Shown here: piece by piece, positions 10,069 to 19,823 of the stretch
How positions within the stretch are numbered: the first letter of the stretch is position 1
Layout of the letters: each line of letters opens with the position of its first letter
NCBI GenBank assembly: GCA_964455675.1
Contig: CAYVYK010000008.1
Span: 1 to 64,000, forward strand
Origin: an uncultured Methanosarcinales archaeon
GTDB lineage: Archaea > Nanobdellota > Nanobdellia > Woesearchaeales > CAYVYK01
Reading direction: 5' to 3'
DNA length: 64,000 nucleotides
The notes under the pieces: model-generated
What the model was told of the DNA's origin: nothing
The model's database searches: none
Seen by the model: the letters and a program-made list of their open reading frames with translations, nothing else
Position numbers and translations under genes: made by a program

Positions 10069-10857
10069 ATGACATCGCCAAAAGAATTGCTCCAAGGGAT
10101 ATACAAGGAAAATCTCCTCCAAACACTGTACAACACGCCAAACCACGAACACATGCACCAGGGATGGAGGTTTCGCAGTGCACGCTGGAGCCCATGGTAT
10201 CTCAACCTGCGACCACTTGGAAGCCACCCGGACCTTGCGAAAGACATCGGCAAAGCGATGTATGACATGATTTTCAAAGCTATGCGACAGGATGGAATGC
10301 CACTTGTTGATCATCTTGTTGGCATTGAGATGGCAGGTGTACCGCTTGCCGCGATTGTCGCGATGAGCGGAAAGGACCCGTTCGCGTATGGATATACACG
10401 TCCAATCGGTGCCAAACCAAAAACAGAGGAAGAAGCCCGACAGCTCTTGCAAAATATGGCAGCAACAGGATATGGCATGAAAGAAATCCTGGAAGGAGAC
10501 TACAAGGATGGCACACGAATATGCCTCATCGATGATGTGGCGACGGACTTTGCGAGCAAAGTTGTTGCACGAGAAATTTGCAGGCACTCACTATCGCATC
10601 GCGGCATCGCGAACGCAACGATCGATGATGTCGCGATCGTCCTTGACCGAGGGGGAGGAAAGGAAGCAGGAAAATACCGGATGCGGTGCCACTCCCTTAT
10701 CACAATGGAAGAAGGCCTACCATGGCTGGAAGAAGTCATGCAACCAAACGAGTGGGCCCTCATCATGGACTATCAGAGGAATCCCGAATGGTATCAGCAC
10801 AAAAATCGGCAAGAAGAAGCAATTGATCTTGCGCTCCGAACACGAGGCGCCCTATGA
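10069..10857 (+). CDS. pyrE: Orotate phosphoribosyltransferase-like protein
   Basis: S.RWSP.YLNLR, GIEMAGVPLA, PRPP loop LIDDVAT..ASK, LDR; coupled to pyrF. Confidence 0.75.
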   Translation: MTSPKELLQGIYKENLLQTLYNTPNHEHMHQGWRFRSARWSPWYLNLRPLGSHPDLAKDIGKAMYDMIFKAMRQDGMPLVDHLVGIEMAGVPLAAIVAMSGKDPFAYGYTRPIGAKPKTEEEARQLLQNMAATGYGMKEILEGDYKDGTRICLIDDVATDFASKVVAREICRHSLSHRGIANATIDDVAIVLDRGGGKEAGKYRMRCHSLITMEEGLPWLEEVMQPNEWALIMDYQRNPEWYQHKNRQEEAIDLALRTRGAL

Positions 10858-11762
10858 GCTTCAAAGACAAGTGGCTCGCCGCAGTCGAGCGAAAAAACAG
10901 CGTACTCTGCGCAGGACTTGATCCGGCAGATTATGATATGGGACGGGGAGAACACGGCCTTCCATCCGGAGTCTCAAAACGGGACTGGTCACTCCAGTAC
11001 ATAGAAGCAGTCGCACCCTTCTGCGCGGCAGTAAAACCCAACATGCAGTACTGGGCGGGCGAAGAAGACCTTGCGGCACTTGGGCACGTGATTAGCCTTG
11101 CGAAGTCACTTGATCTTGTAGTCATCCAAGACGGGAAGGCAGCGGACATCGGGGAAACAAACGACGCAGGATTCTACCACGGCGTGCGCCGCGGGGCAGA
11201 CGCGGTCACGATCGCTCCGTATGCGGAAAATATAACGGAAGCGGCCACACAGCTCCACACCAGAGGAATTGGAGGCATTACGATGTGCCTCATGAGCAAC
11301 AAGGAATACGAGCAGGCAAAACTCATGCTTGTCCCCGTCCACAGCGAGGAGAGGTATTACGAAGGGCACGTCTTCCACGTACCACCAATGGGAAAACACC
11401 CCGGTGGACCGCATGTCCTCAGATACATCCAACTAGCACATGATGCAGCAGCAAGCGGGCTCGACGGTGTCGTCATCGGCGCACCAAGCCCTAGAAACCA
11501 TATAACGAACCAAGAACTCGATGATGTCCAATACTACCTCGGCAGACAACACATGCTCATCCTACTCCCAGGAGTTGGGGCGCAAGGAGGGGAGGCACAA
11601 GCAATCTGGCGATACTTCTTCAAGGACCGCGTTATCGTGAATGTCGGCAGAGGGCTCATGTTTCCGGGAACTGGATACAATGAAGCGAGAACGGGAGGAT
11701 GGGCCGCAACCGCACGAAGATATCAGGAAATGCTCAATACCGCACGAAACACTACCCGGTGA
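10854..11762 (+). CDS. pyrF: Orotidine-5'-phosphate decarboxylase
   Basis: LCAGLDP, KPN, D.K.ADI..TN, L.PGVGAQGG and NVGR motifs. Confidence 0.88.
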   Translation: MSFKDKWLAAVERKNSVLCAGLDPADYDMGRGEHGLPSGVSKRDWSLQYIEAVAPFCAAVKPNMQYWAGEEDLAALGHVISLAKSLDLVVIQDGKAADIGETNDAGFYHGVRRGADAVTIAPYAENITEAATQLHTRGIGGITMCLMSNKEYEQAKLMLVPVHSEERYYEGHVFHVPPMGKHPGGPHVLRYIQLAHDAAASGLDGVVIGAPSPRNHITNQELDDVQYYLGRQHMLILLPGVGAQGGEAQAIWRYFFKDRVIVNVGRGLMFPGTGYNEARTGGWAATARRYQEMLNTARNTTR

Positions 11763-11823
11763 GGCGTTATTGGCCACAACATTTAAATAATGAGGATACA
11801 AGGGCTAATCGGGGTGATATGAG

Positions 11824-11988
11824 ATGTCACTAATCGTCAAAGCAAATATCAAAGAAGTTGCAAAGGACTTCAACGTGGCGGGAGATTTCGCCGATGCGCT
11901 CAACAAAAAGGTTGAGGACATGATCAAGGCGGCATGCTCACGCGCGGAAGCAAATAACCGCAAGACAGTCATGGCGAAGGACCTTTAA
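11824..11988 (+). CDS. Short histone-fold protein (DUF1931-type), 54 aa; absent from the ORF track
   Basis: MSLIVKANIKEVAKDFNVAGDFADALNKKVEDMIKAACSRAEANNRKTVMAKDL; histone RA..N.RKTV...D motif, GGTGA SD, TATA, T-rich terminator. Confidence 0.9.
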   Translation: MSLIVKANIKEVAKDFNVAGDFADALNKKVEDMIKAACSRAEANNRKTVMAKDL

Positions 11989-12131
11989 TTTTTCCCTTTT
12001 TTTTATCCCCGTATTAGAAGCCTTCTGTACTTAGTGTTAGCGTATTCTGGTTGCTCATCCTAATTCCTTATAGTTCAGTCCATTGATAGTGCTTGCCAAT
12101 AGAGTGAGAGAATTGAAGGCATATCTACGAA

Positions 12132-12689
12132 TTACAAAAGCTTGGAACGCAACGCATCAAGCTTTTCACGGATCTGATCGAGGTCTGAAGGAGAAGCCAA
12201 TCCATGATCCCTGAGGAATGAGTGCCGTTTCTCGAGTTCATCAATACGAGCTAGGACTTTTGCCGTATGCTCAGGATGAAAGAACGCTTTCGCACGACCC
12301 TGGATCTTCTGCTCAAGGTCCTGGATTCTACGCTCCCGAGATTTCTGGTACTTCAAGTATTCTGACAGCTTATCATATAACTCGTTGACGCGCTGACGCA
12401 GCGCCGTATGAGCGAGCGCTCCCTGCGGAGTTACCGTCACGTTCTTGTGCTCGTTATCAACAACAATGTTGATTAAATGTTCAAGATTCTGAATCTCGCG
12501 GACGAGCTTCTGGCGTTTTTGCTCATTACCAACCTGAAGTGTCTTTAACTTTGCGAGCTGATTATGCAGGTTCATCCTTGCAATACGCCGTTCCTCCCTC
12601 ATCCGGGATACACGGTATAAATGACACATGAATTTTCGTACTTTATGCTTGCTCACACCAACATTCGTGAGCTCGGGAGGGCGTTGCAT
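12132..12689 (-). CDS. Hypothetical coiled-coil protein
   Basis: Heptad-rich; start lies directly after the upstream stop. Confidence 0.6.
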   Translation of the reverse strand: MQRPPELTNVGVSKHKVRKFMCHLYRVSRMREERRIARMNLHNQLAKLKTLQVGNEQKRQKLVREIQNLEHLINIVVDNEHKNVTVTPQGALAHTALRQRVNELYDKLSEYLKYQKSRERRIQDLEQKIQGRAKAFFHPEHTAKVLARIDELEKRHSFLRDHGLASPSDLDQIREKLDALRSKLL

Positions 12690-12690
12690 T

Positions 12691-13386
12691 TTAAAAACCA
12701 AAGAATGAACGCTTCCTCGGTGCAGATGGCGGTGGAGGCGGCGGAGGGAATCCCTGTCCCTGCTGCGGTGGGCCCTGAGGACTAAACGAGTCCTGGCCGA
12801 ACGCATACGGATCCTGACCTGATGCCTGCTGCTGCATGAGAGGATCAGCATTCATTGGTGCGACTGCGCCCTCAAATTCGGTGCCCATGTCCCAAGGTTC
12901 GCGCATCTGCTGCACCTGTGGCATCTGAGGCATTTGTGGCATCTGAGGCATCTGCTGTGTTGGCTGGTTAAATTGAGGCATGGGATGGACGACGGGCGCC
13001 TGCATAAACTGGACGTCAGACTTCATCTTGTTCTGATCCTGCATTTTTGACGCACGAGCCACACGATCGGGGAGCGCTTTCAAGATATCGGCGATAGCTA
13101 CAATACCTTCAGCGATTTTCTGGTTCTGATCGATCACGGTATCAAGGCGGTCAATAACTGGATTAAGCTTCTTATTGAGAAGCGATTCCTCACCCTCCTC
13201 AAGACGCATTTCCTGCGTTGCTTCCTTAAAGACACCCATGAGGCCACTTAACGAGCCGTTCAGGTTCTCAAGCGATTCGCGAAGAGAATTATCCACAATA
13301 TTCGGATTACGCTTGATCTTCTCAAGCTCGGCTTTCAATTCTTGTATTTCCTTATGAGGCAGAATCGTGTATTCTTCTTCAACCAT
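12691..13386 (-). CDS. Coiled-coil, Gln/Pro/Met-rich protein with polyproline and C-terminal RKRSFFGF
   Basis: ORF with SD; (QMP)4 repeat and a P7 tract. Confidence 0.7.
   Translation of the reverse strand: MVEEEYTILPHKEIQELKAELEKIKRNPNIVDNSLRESLENLNGSLSGLMGVFKEATQEMRLEEGEESLLNKKLNPVIDRLDTVIDQNQKIAEGIVAIADILKALPDRVARASKMQDQNKMKSDVQFMQAPVVHPMPQFNQPTQQMPQMPQMPQMPQVQQMREPWDMGTEFEGAVAPMNADPLMQQQASGQDPYAFGQDSFSPQGPPQQGQGFPPPPPPPSAPRKRSFFGF
12916..12954. repeat. In-frame 9-nt tandem repeat encoding QMP
   Basis: ctgtggcat ctgaggcat ttgtggcat ctgaggcat ctg. Confidence 0.8.
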
Positions 13387-13530
13387 GCAGTATCCCCCCG
13401 ATGATTCATCCTATGATACACGCCAGGGTTTATAAGTATTTGTTAGTATTGATGAATGATAAAAAGAAGATTGAAAAGATAATAAAATGATAAAAAAATG
13501 ATGAATACAACGCTATGTTCATCCAGGAAT

Positions 13531-13890
13531 TCAATTCCTCTCAAAGGGGACGACCATCAAGGGTTCCGCAGACGTAATCGCTTGCGTCTTTGCGGTCACA
13601 TTGATTCGAACACACTTGCCATTCCTGCACGTTGCATTGAATGAGCTGCATGTTACATTACTGTGTGCGCAGTACGTGAAATTGTACGGGTTCGTCCACG
13701 GATAAAACTCCTTCAGCATGGATTTACTCATGCATACATCCGTGTGATTATACGGGTATACCTGATCCATGCATGTACCTTGCTGCCAGACATTGTAACC
13801 ACCGTCTGTGTCGTATGCCCACGCGTATACTGCAACAGCGATCAAGATCGCCGCCAGCGCGAGCGAAATACCAATAACGTATTTCTTCAT
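13531..13890 (-). CDS. Small secreted Cys-rich protein (DTDGG...D.C...L.E...C..G.C module)
   Basis: Signal peptide, six Cys, N-glycosylation sequons, GGAGG SD. Confidence 0.75.
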   Translation of the reverse strand: MKKYVIGISLALAAILIAVAVYAWAYDTDGGYNVWQQGTCMDQVYPYNHTDVCMSKSMLKEFYPWTNPYNFTYCAHSNVTCSSFNATCRNGKCVRINVTAKTQAITSAEPLMVVPFERN

Positions 13891-14101
13891 ACTTGTACCT
13901 CCAACAATTTACTATTGGAATACGCTTTCTGGTTAAATATCTATGTGTTTGAAGAAACGAACATCAGGCTTGTTGTATACTGGGGGTGACAAGTGAACGA
14001 TCCATGAACCAGTGGAGTTGCTCCAACAACTGCTATTCCAGAGTGGAAAAAACCATCCAGGAAAACATCAGATTATAAATATCCAAAAACAATATTGGTG
14101 T

Positions 14102-15139
14102 ATGCTTACGCGCAGGATCCGATTTCTCATGAGAGTCAGAGAGAACGTCAACGGAAGCGAGCAAGCACACTATATCCATGGGGAACTAGGCACACACAAT
14201 CTCCTCGTTATGGATGCGGTTGGTAATCCACGTGACACCACAACAGAGCGGCGAATTCTCGATAGCCTCCACCCTGATATGCACCGCCTATTAGCCTCAG
14301 TTACTGAACGACATGAACCCATGAGATATGAGGACATCATTAACTGCGTCCCTGCACACCGCGACAGCCTCCAGGCAGAACTACGACGAAAACCCGATGA
14401 ACAGATCCCTCACACTCAACTGCCAGGAATCCTGGGAAAAATCCACGCGTTCTATGGACATGAACCGAGATACGAACTGGAAGACCACGCGAAGCGGCCC
14501 GATGCGCGCAATGAAATAATCATAACATTACTCCAAACAATCGAGGATCACGCACGAACTAAAGCAAGAAATTTGAAAAGCAAACCTATGAACGCACACT
14601 ACCGCCGCCGAAGACAAAAGCGGATGGAGCAAGATGACGAGGGCCTCTTTTCTGAAGACACTCCTGCCCCGATTAATGATGATCACTGCATCACGATCAA
14701 TGACCGCAGGTATTTTGGACTCCAGAACACTCTTTATGAACTCATGAAAATCGGCTACATCAGCGCAGTTGAGCGCCAAAGCCTCGCCCAGATTGTTCAA
14801 CAAAAGGAAGGAGGTGCAATTCTCGTGAGAGACAATGGATCCTATGTTACTCAGGAATGCCGAGACGGCCTCATGAAGATCATGGGATCGCATATCGCCT
14901 CGGATAGGCTTTGCGTGTACCCACTGACCATTGATATGATGGTTGAAGAGGGAAAGCTCACTCCCGCATTTCCAGGAACAAAAGATTTTGTTCTCGCAGA
15001 AGATGTGCTTTACCTCGAGCGTTCAATGACACCTGAAGAGCGCGATCAGTACTGCTTTCGCACACGAGACTCTGTCATGGGAGAGCGGGAACATAATTTC
15101 ACGCACCGTACCACTCTCGATGAGCAGGATCTCAATTAA
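14102..15139 (+). CDS. Hypothetical protein
   Basis: Long ORF with TATA about 22 nt upstream of the ATG; no family recognised. Confidence 0.6.
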   Translation: MLTRRIRFLMRVRENVNGSEQAHYIHGELGTHNLLVMDAVGNPRDTTTERRILDSLHPDMHRLLASVTERHEPMRYEDIINCVPAHRDSLQAELRRKPDEQIPHTQLPGILGKIHAFYGHEPRYELEDHAKRPDARNEIIITLLQTIEDHARTKARNLKSKPMNAHYRRRRQKRMEQDDEGLFSEDTPAPINDDHCITINDRRYFGLQNTLYELMKIGYISAVERQSLAQIVQQKEGGAILVRDNGSYVTQECRDGLMKIMGSHIASDRLCVYPLTIDMMVEEGKLTPAFPGTKDFVLAEDVLYLERSMTPEERDQYCFRTRDSVMGEREHNFTHRTTLDEQDLN

Positions 15140-15191
15140 TCCTCTTCAAAAATTGGCTAAGGACAAGGTCTGATCAAGGGTGACCCCCGGT

Positions 15192-16841
15192 TCACATATC
15201 CAAAGGAGGCATGCCACCTGGACCTCCAGGCATCTGCGGACCTGATGCAGATGCGGCAATCACGTCATCAATGCGCAGGATCATGATAGCAACCTCTGAA
15301 GCGGACGAAATCGCCTGTGTCTTGATCCGGAGCGGCTCAATGACTCCCTTCTTCCAGGAATCAACCGTCTTGCCCGTGAACACATCAATACCAGCGTATT
15401 TTTCGCCCTTGTCATGCGCGGCTTTCAGCTCGGTCAACACATTGATTGGATCAAGACCTGCATTCTCCGCAAGCGTCCTTGGTATGACTTCGATCGCAGA
15501 CGCAAACGCCTGCACAGCAAGCTGTTCGCGACCCGACAAGGAATTTGCGTATTTGCGGATGTGACGCGCTAGTTCCATCTCAACAGCGCCAGCACCTGCG
15601 ACAGCATAGCCTCCACGGAGCGTGGCAATCACGTCGCCAACCGCATCCTCCATCGCGCGCTTTATCTCAGAAGCCACATGATCTGTTCCCGAACGCACAA
15701 GGATCGTAACTGCCTTTGGATTCTTGCATTCACGCACATACGTCATGTCCTCGTCGCCAATGCGGACTTCCTCAACGATACCTGCCTTGCCCAAGTCTTT
15801 TGCCGAAAGCTCCTTGATACTGCTCACAATCGTTGCTCCCGTCGCGCGGGAAAGAGCTGTCATGTCAGTCTTTGAAATCCTACGACAGGCATAGATACCG
15901 CGCTTGGCAAGAAAGTGCTGGGCGAGGTCATCAATACCCTTCTGGCAGAATACCACCGTAGCACCAGATGCTGCGACACGCTCAACCATTTGGCGAATCA
16001 TATTCTCCTCCTGATCGAGGAAGGACTGCATCTGCGAAGGATCGGAGATCTGGATCTTCGCATCTGTCTCCGTTGAACGAACCTCAATTGCCGCGTCAAT
16101 CAATGCGATCTTCCCATCCATAATCTTTTTTGGCATACCGGGATGGACACGTTCCTTATCGAGCACAATACCCTCAATAAGCTCAGAATCCTCAACAGCA
16201 CCACCAATCTTCTTCTCGATCTTGATGTTCGAGGAATCAACAGCAATAGTCCCATCCTCATTTATGTCCATGACCTTCCTAACAGCCTGCACGCATAGCA
16301 CAGAAAGGTGTTCCTTTGCAATCTCAGCACCCTTACCAGTCATCGCAGTTAGAGCAATCTTCTCAAGCAAGGCAACATCCTTATGACCAATCTTTTCACC
16401 AAGCGTCTTTAAGATTTCCTGCGAATGCTGGGCAGCCACACGATACCCCTTCGCAATAACCGTCGGATGAATGTTCTGATCAAGAAGCGCCTCAGCGTTC
16501 TTCAAGAGTTCGCCAGCGATGACGACCGCAGTCGTGGTACCATCACCAACTTCATCCTCCTGAGTCTTTGCAACTTCAACAATCATCTTTGCAGTGGGAT
16601 GATCAATCGACATCTCCCGAAGAATAGTCGCGCCATCATTCGTGACAACGACATCACCTAGGGAATCCACGAGCATCTTATCCATGCCCTTGGGCCCGAG
16701 CGTCGTCCTCACGGTCTCGGCAACGAGCTTTGCAGCGGAAATGTTCGTGCGCTGTGCATTCCTGCCTTGCGTGCGCTGAGCGCCTTCCGGCAAAATAAAG
16801 ATTGGCTGTATTTGTTTGTTTGACATATTTTCTACCCCCAT
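15192..16841 (-). CDS. ths: Thermosome subunit (group II chaperonin)
   Basis: [32 protein letters not shown] and GGM tail. Confidence 0.97.
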   Translation of the reverse strand: MGVENMSNKQIQPIFILPEGAQRTQGRNAQRTNISAAKLVAETVRTTLGPKGMDKMLVDSLGDVVVTNDGATILREMSIDHPTAKMIVEVAKTQEDEVGDGTTTAVVIAGELLKNAEALLDQNIHPTVIAKGYRVAAQHSQEILKTLGEKIGHKDVALLEKIALTAMTGKGAEIAKEHLSVLCVQAVRKVMDINEDGTIAVDSSNIKIEKKIGGAVEDSELIEGIVLDKERVHPGMPKKIMDGKIALIDAAIEVRSTETDAKIQISDPSQMQSFLDQEENMIRQMVERVAASGATVVFCQKGIDDLAQHFLAKRGIYACRRISKTDMTALSRATGATIVSSIKELSAKDLGKAGIVEEVRIGDEDMTYVRECKNPKAVTILVRSGTDHVASEIKRAMEDAVGDVIATLRGGYAVAGAGAVEMELARHIRKYANSLSGREQLAVQAFASAIEVIPRTLAENAGLDPINVLTELKAAHDKGEKYAGIDVFTGKTVDSWKKGVIEPLRIKTQAISSASEVAIMILRIDDVIAASASGPQMPGGPGGMPPLDM

Positions 16842-16901
16842 GATCAGGCGTCTTTTCTAGAAGACTTCTTGTTTTGGGTACTCTCCCGTGTTATTTAAAG
16901 A

Positions 16902-18245
16902 TTATGGATTCAACTTGACAGGCCAAGTCCTGTTCACATACGCTTTGCCTCCAATAAGAGGCTGCCTGTCACCACCGAGAACACAAAAGAGCAACGTCAT
17001 ATCCTCAATATGCAGATACGGCTTCACCTCAACACCATCCTGCACTTGACCACGCCTTGCAAGCGCACGGGCTTCATCCAGCGCCACAACAACACTCAGT
17101 TCCTGCGGTTCAGGAGAGATCGTCGTATTTGCCAGCATGGAGAGTCCGCGGAAAGCGAGCTGAGGCTCCATAAACTCACCCTTGTCCGCCTTCATCGAAT
17201 CGAGAATCGCCTTTTTCGTAAAACCAACCGGCTGGGTTGGCAACTCCTTCGTCCCATACTGCATGAACGGCCTAACTGCGATGGACGCAAGAAGAAGCGG
17301 ATGCAATTTCCCTCTGAAACTCGCTTGGTACGCATCGCTAGCGTCTACACTCTGCATAAACGCATCGATCATCTCAGGCGTCACTGTAATCGGAACCTGC
17401 AAGAGGGAAGCCTGGAACTCAGTCTCGCCAAGACGCTTGCCACCATCAACAACACAGTTATTCTTATTCAAAAAAATATACTCGCCACTATGCTTGCGAC
17501 CGTATCCATTAAGAACGAATGTTTGAGGCTCAGTCTTCCCAAACCAACCGCGCTTGGGCTGGTGCTCAATAAGTTCATCAATCGTGAATAATTCTGCAGG
17601 AAGCACGCCTTCCATACGCAAGCGAAGCATGTTCGCGGGTTTCTCGGATACCGTGTACGTCCCCTGCTGCTTTGTCTCAAGAATTCCTTCCTGCCAGCAT
17701 AAGCGCTCACGACTCAAGTTGTCCGGATGCGGGAGGTCGGTATACCCCATACCAGATGCACCAAGCTTGCTTCGCTCGAGGATGTCAGCGAGCCATGCGT
17801 CCTGGGCGCTTGCATTCGAGGGATGATCCGTACCGTGATACCGGAGACGACCAAGCGTCGTCATTGTACGTATGTTTGCTCCCTCGACTGAAGTCTGAGG
17901 CAGGACGCGATCTAGCCGGTAACAGAGCGGGTGAGGCTCACTACCAGCCAGCGTAAAAGCCTCGAAAGATACTTTAGCAGCAACAACATTCTGAGCCGGC
18001 TGAAGCTGATGGGCAAAGCCGCCAAAATAGAGCACACCAGGAACGATCCGACCCTGCTGGTCCACAAGATGCTCCGTGTCCTGACTTAACTGGCGCGCGT
18101 TCTTCAATAACTGACGCGCCGCCAGTGGATCGCGATGGATCACATTGTCATCAAGGTTGCAATTCAAACTCAGATCAATCCTTGCAGAGTCCACATAGAA
18201 GAATTCCGGGTGATCCTTTGAGTATTGTTTCCAGTCCACTGCCAT
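16902..18245 (-). CDS. Hypothetical protein with a possible MaoC-like hot-dog fold
   Basis: DDNVIHRD...A and IVPGVL resemble the MaoC D.NPIH.D / IAHG.L motifs; ITVTPEMIDAF in the second half. Confidence 0.45.
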   Translation of the reverse strand: MAVDWKQYSKDHPEFFYVDSARIDLSLNCNLDDNVIHRDPLAARQLLKNARQLSQDTEHLVDQQGRIVPGVLYFGGFAHQLQPAQNVVAAKVSFEAFTLAGSEPHPLCYRLDRVLPQTSVEGANIRTMTTLGRLRYHGTDHPSNASAQDAWLADILERSKLGASGMGYTDLPHPDNLSRERLCWQEGILETKQQGTYTVSEKPANMLRLRMEGVLPAELFTIDELIEHQPKRGWFGKTEPQTFVLNGYGRKHSGEYIFLNKNNCVVDGGKRLGETEFQASLLQVPITVTPEMIDAFMQSVDASDAYQASFRGKLHPLLLASIAVRPFMQYGTKELPTQPVGFTKKAILDSMKADKGEFMEPQLAFRGLSMLANTTISPEPQELSVVVALDEARALARRGQVQDGVEVKPYLHIEDMTLLFCVLGGDRQPLIGGKAYVNRTWPVKLNP

Positions 18246-18336
18246 TGCACAAGGCGGAAGGAGATAGTAATTTATATTTTTTCACTTTTTAGTAATTACT
18301 TTAGGTTTATATCTTCCGTACCATTTTCCCACTTCC

Positions 18337-18876
18337 ATGATTATCACGATTGGCGGAAAGCACGGAGCAGGAAGAAGCACCGTTGGCAAACTTCTCGCGC
18401 AGAAACTTGCATACAAGCATTACTCGACAGGGGACTTCCTTAGGGAGATGGCTAAGGAACGGAAGAAATCAGTTCTTGAGATGGTGGAACTTGCTGCACA
18501 TGATCCTGCCATCAACGAAGAAATCGACCGGCGAACTGTAAACCTCGGGGAACAAGAGGATCGTTTTCTCATGGATAGCACACTCGCATACTATTTCCTC
18601 CCACAGAGCATCAAGATATTCCTTGACGTGGACATGAACGAAGCTGCGCAGAGAATATTCAATCACAAGCGCGAACATGAAAATTATCCAACCGTGAAAG
18701 AAGTCAAGAGAGCGCTCGAGAAACGGATGGAACTTGAGAAAGAACAATTCCTCCGCACGTACCATACAGACCCATATGATATCTCACAATATGACTTAGT
18801 TATTGATACCACAGGGACCAAGATTGAGGACGTTGTGAACAAGGTTCATGCATTCATTCTAAGACACCAGCACTGA
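18337..18876 (+). CDS. cmk: Cytidylate kinase (archaeal)
   Basis: MIITIGG..GAGRST, STGD.LRE.A, EID, KIFL, YDLVIDT. Confidence 0.85.
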   Translation: MIITIGGKHGAGRSTVGKLLAQKLAYKHYSTGDFLREMAKERKKSVLEMVELAAHDPAINEEIDRRTVNLGEQEDRFLMDSTLAYYFLPQSIKIFLDVDMNEAAQRIFNHKREHENYPTVKEVKRALEKRMELEKEQFLRTYHTDPYDISQYDLVIDTTGTKIEDVVNKVHAFILRHQH

Positions 18877-18914
18877 TCTCATTACAAACACCCAACACTT
18901 TTGCCATCAAACAA

Positions 18915-18997
18915 ATTTTATTACGGCCTGACGGCGAGCCCTTTTCCTTTCTGCGCAGTATCGAGGAAAAGGACGAGCGTGACATAAACCGTTTATT
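18915..18997 (-). ncRNA. Candidate small structured RNA (H/ACA-like single hairpin)
   Basis: Minus strand: stem ACGGUUU/AGGCCGU, internal loop, stem UCCUUUUCCU/AGGAAAAGGG, GA...GCAGA apical loop, then AAUA. TATA at 19021-19028 is about 25 nt upstream. Confidence 0.4.
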
Positions 18998-19105
18998 CGG
19001 TACTACGACCTATGGCAAGATTTATAAAGGGTTTCCGCACTACCATTTCTATCTTCTCATTCCGTTTGAGAGCATTGAAAAACGCGGAAAGATAGGGGAG
19101 TAATC

Positions 19106-19792
19106 ATGACAGACGAGATCAAACACGGGGACTTTATTGAAGTAAGCTACAGCGCAAAACTCAAAGACGGAGATGTCTTTGACACCACAGATGAGAAGGT
19201 CGCGAATGAACACGACCTTGAGGGATCAAAGGAACGATACGGAAACCTCATCATCTGCGTCGGAGAAGGGCAGATCCTGCAGGGCCTTGACAAAAAGCTC
19301 GAAGGCAAGAAAGTCGGAAGATATACCATCGAACTATCGCCCGAAGAGGGATTTGGGAAGAAAAGCGCAAAACTCATCCAGCTCATCAACACTCAAAAAT
19401 TTGTCAAACAGGGAGTGTTCCCGCAAGTCGGACTGCAAGTCCAAGTGGACCACATGATGGGAGTAGTCAAGAGCGTGTCTGGCGGACGAACGATCGTCGA
19501 CTTCAACCATCCGCTCTCAGGAAAAGACGTCGTCTACGATGTCACGATCGTACGCAAAGTAACGAATGACCTTGAGAAAGCGAGGGGGTATCTCCACCTG
19601 CTCCTTGACAAGAGTGTCGAAGTCAGCGAACATGAGGGTACCCTCACCATCATCACCAAGATGAAACTCCCAGACGCGATCACAAAACATTTGGAAGAAA
19701 AACTCAAGAAACACATTTCGTACAAAGCATATACCTTCCTGGAAGCACCAAAAGAAGAGAAAAAAGAAGCGACGCCCGAGAACAACGTTTAA
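19106..19792 (+). CDS. slyD: FKBP-type peptidyl-prolyl isomerase (SlyD-like, long archaeal form)
   Basis: GDF....Y, G.VFDTT, PEEGFG and DFNHPL.GK motifs. Confidence 0.93.
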   Translation: MTDEIKHGDFIEVSYSAKLKDGDVFDTTDEKVANEHDLEGSKERYGNLIICVGEGQILQGLDKKLEGKKVGRYTIELSPEEGFGKKSAKLIQLINTQKFVKQGVFPQVGLQVQVDHMMGVVKSVSGGRTIVDFNHPLSGKDVVYDVTIVRKVTNDLEKARGYLHLLLDKSVEVSEHEGTLTIITKMKLPDAITKHLEEKLKKHISYKAYTFLEAPKEEKKEATPENNV

Positions 19793-19823
19793 ATACCGGG
19801 CAGCGAATACAGAATAAAAAGAG

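Noticed and set aside
14036..14049. ORB-like TTCCAGAGTGGAAA
   Set aside because: Single imperfect copy, no following G-string and no cdc6/orc1 nearby.
18925..18985. Hammerhead ribozyme on the plus strand
   Set aside because: CTGACGG is not CUGANGA, and GAAA lies inside the stem rather than after it.
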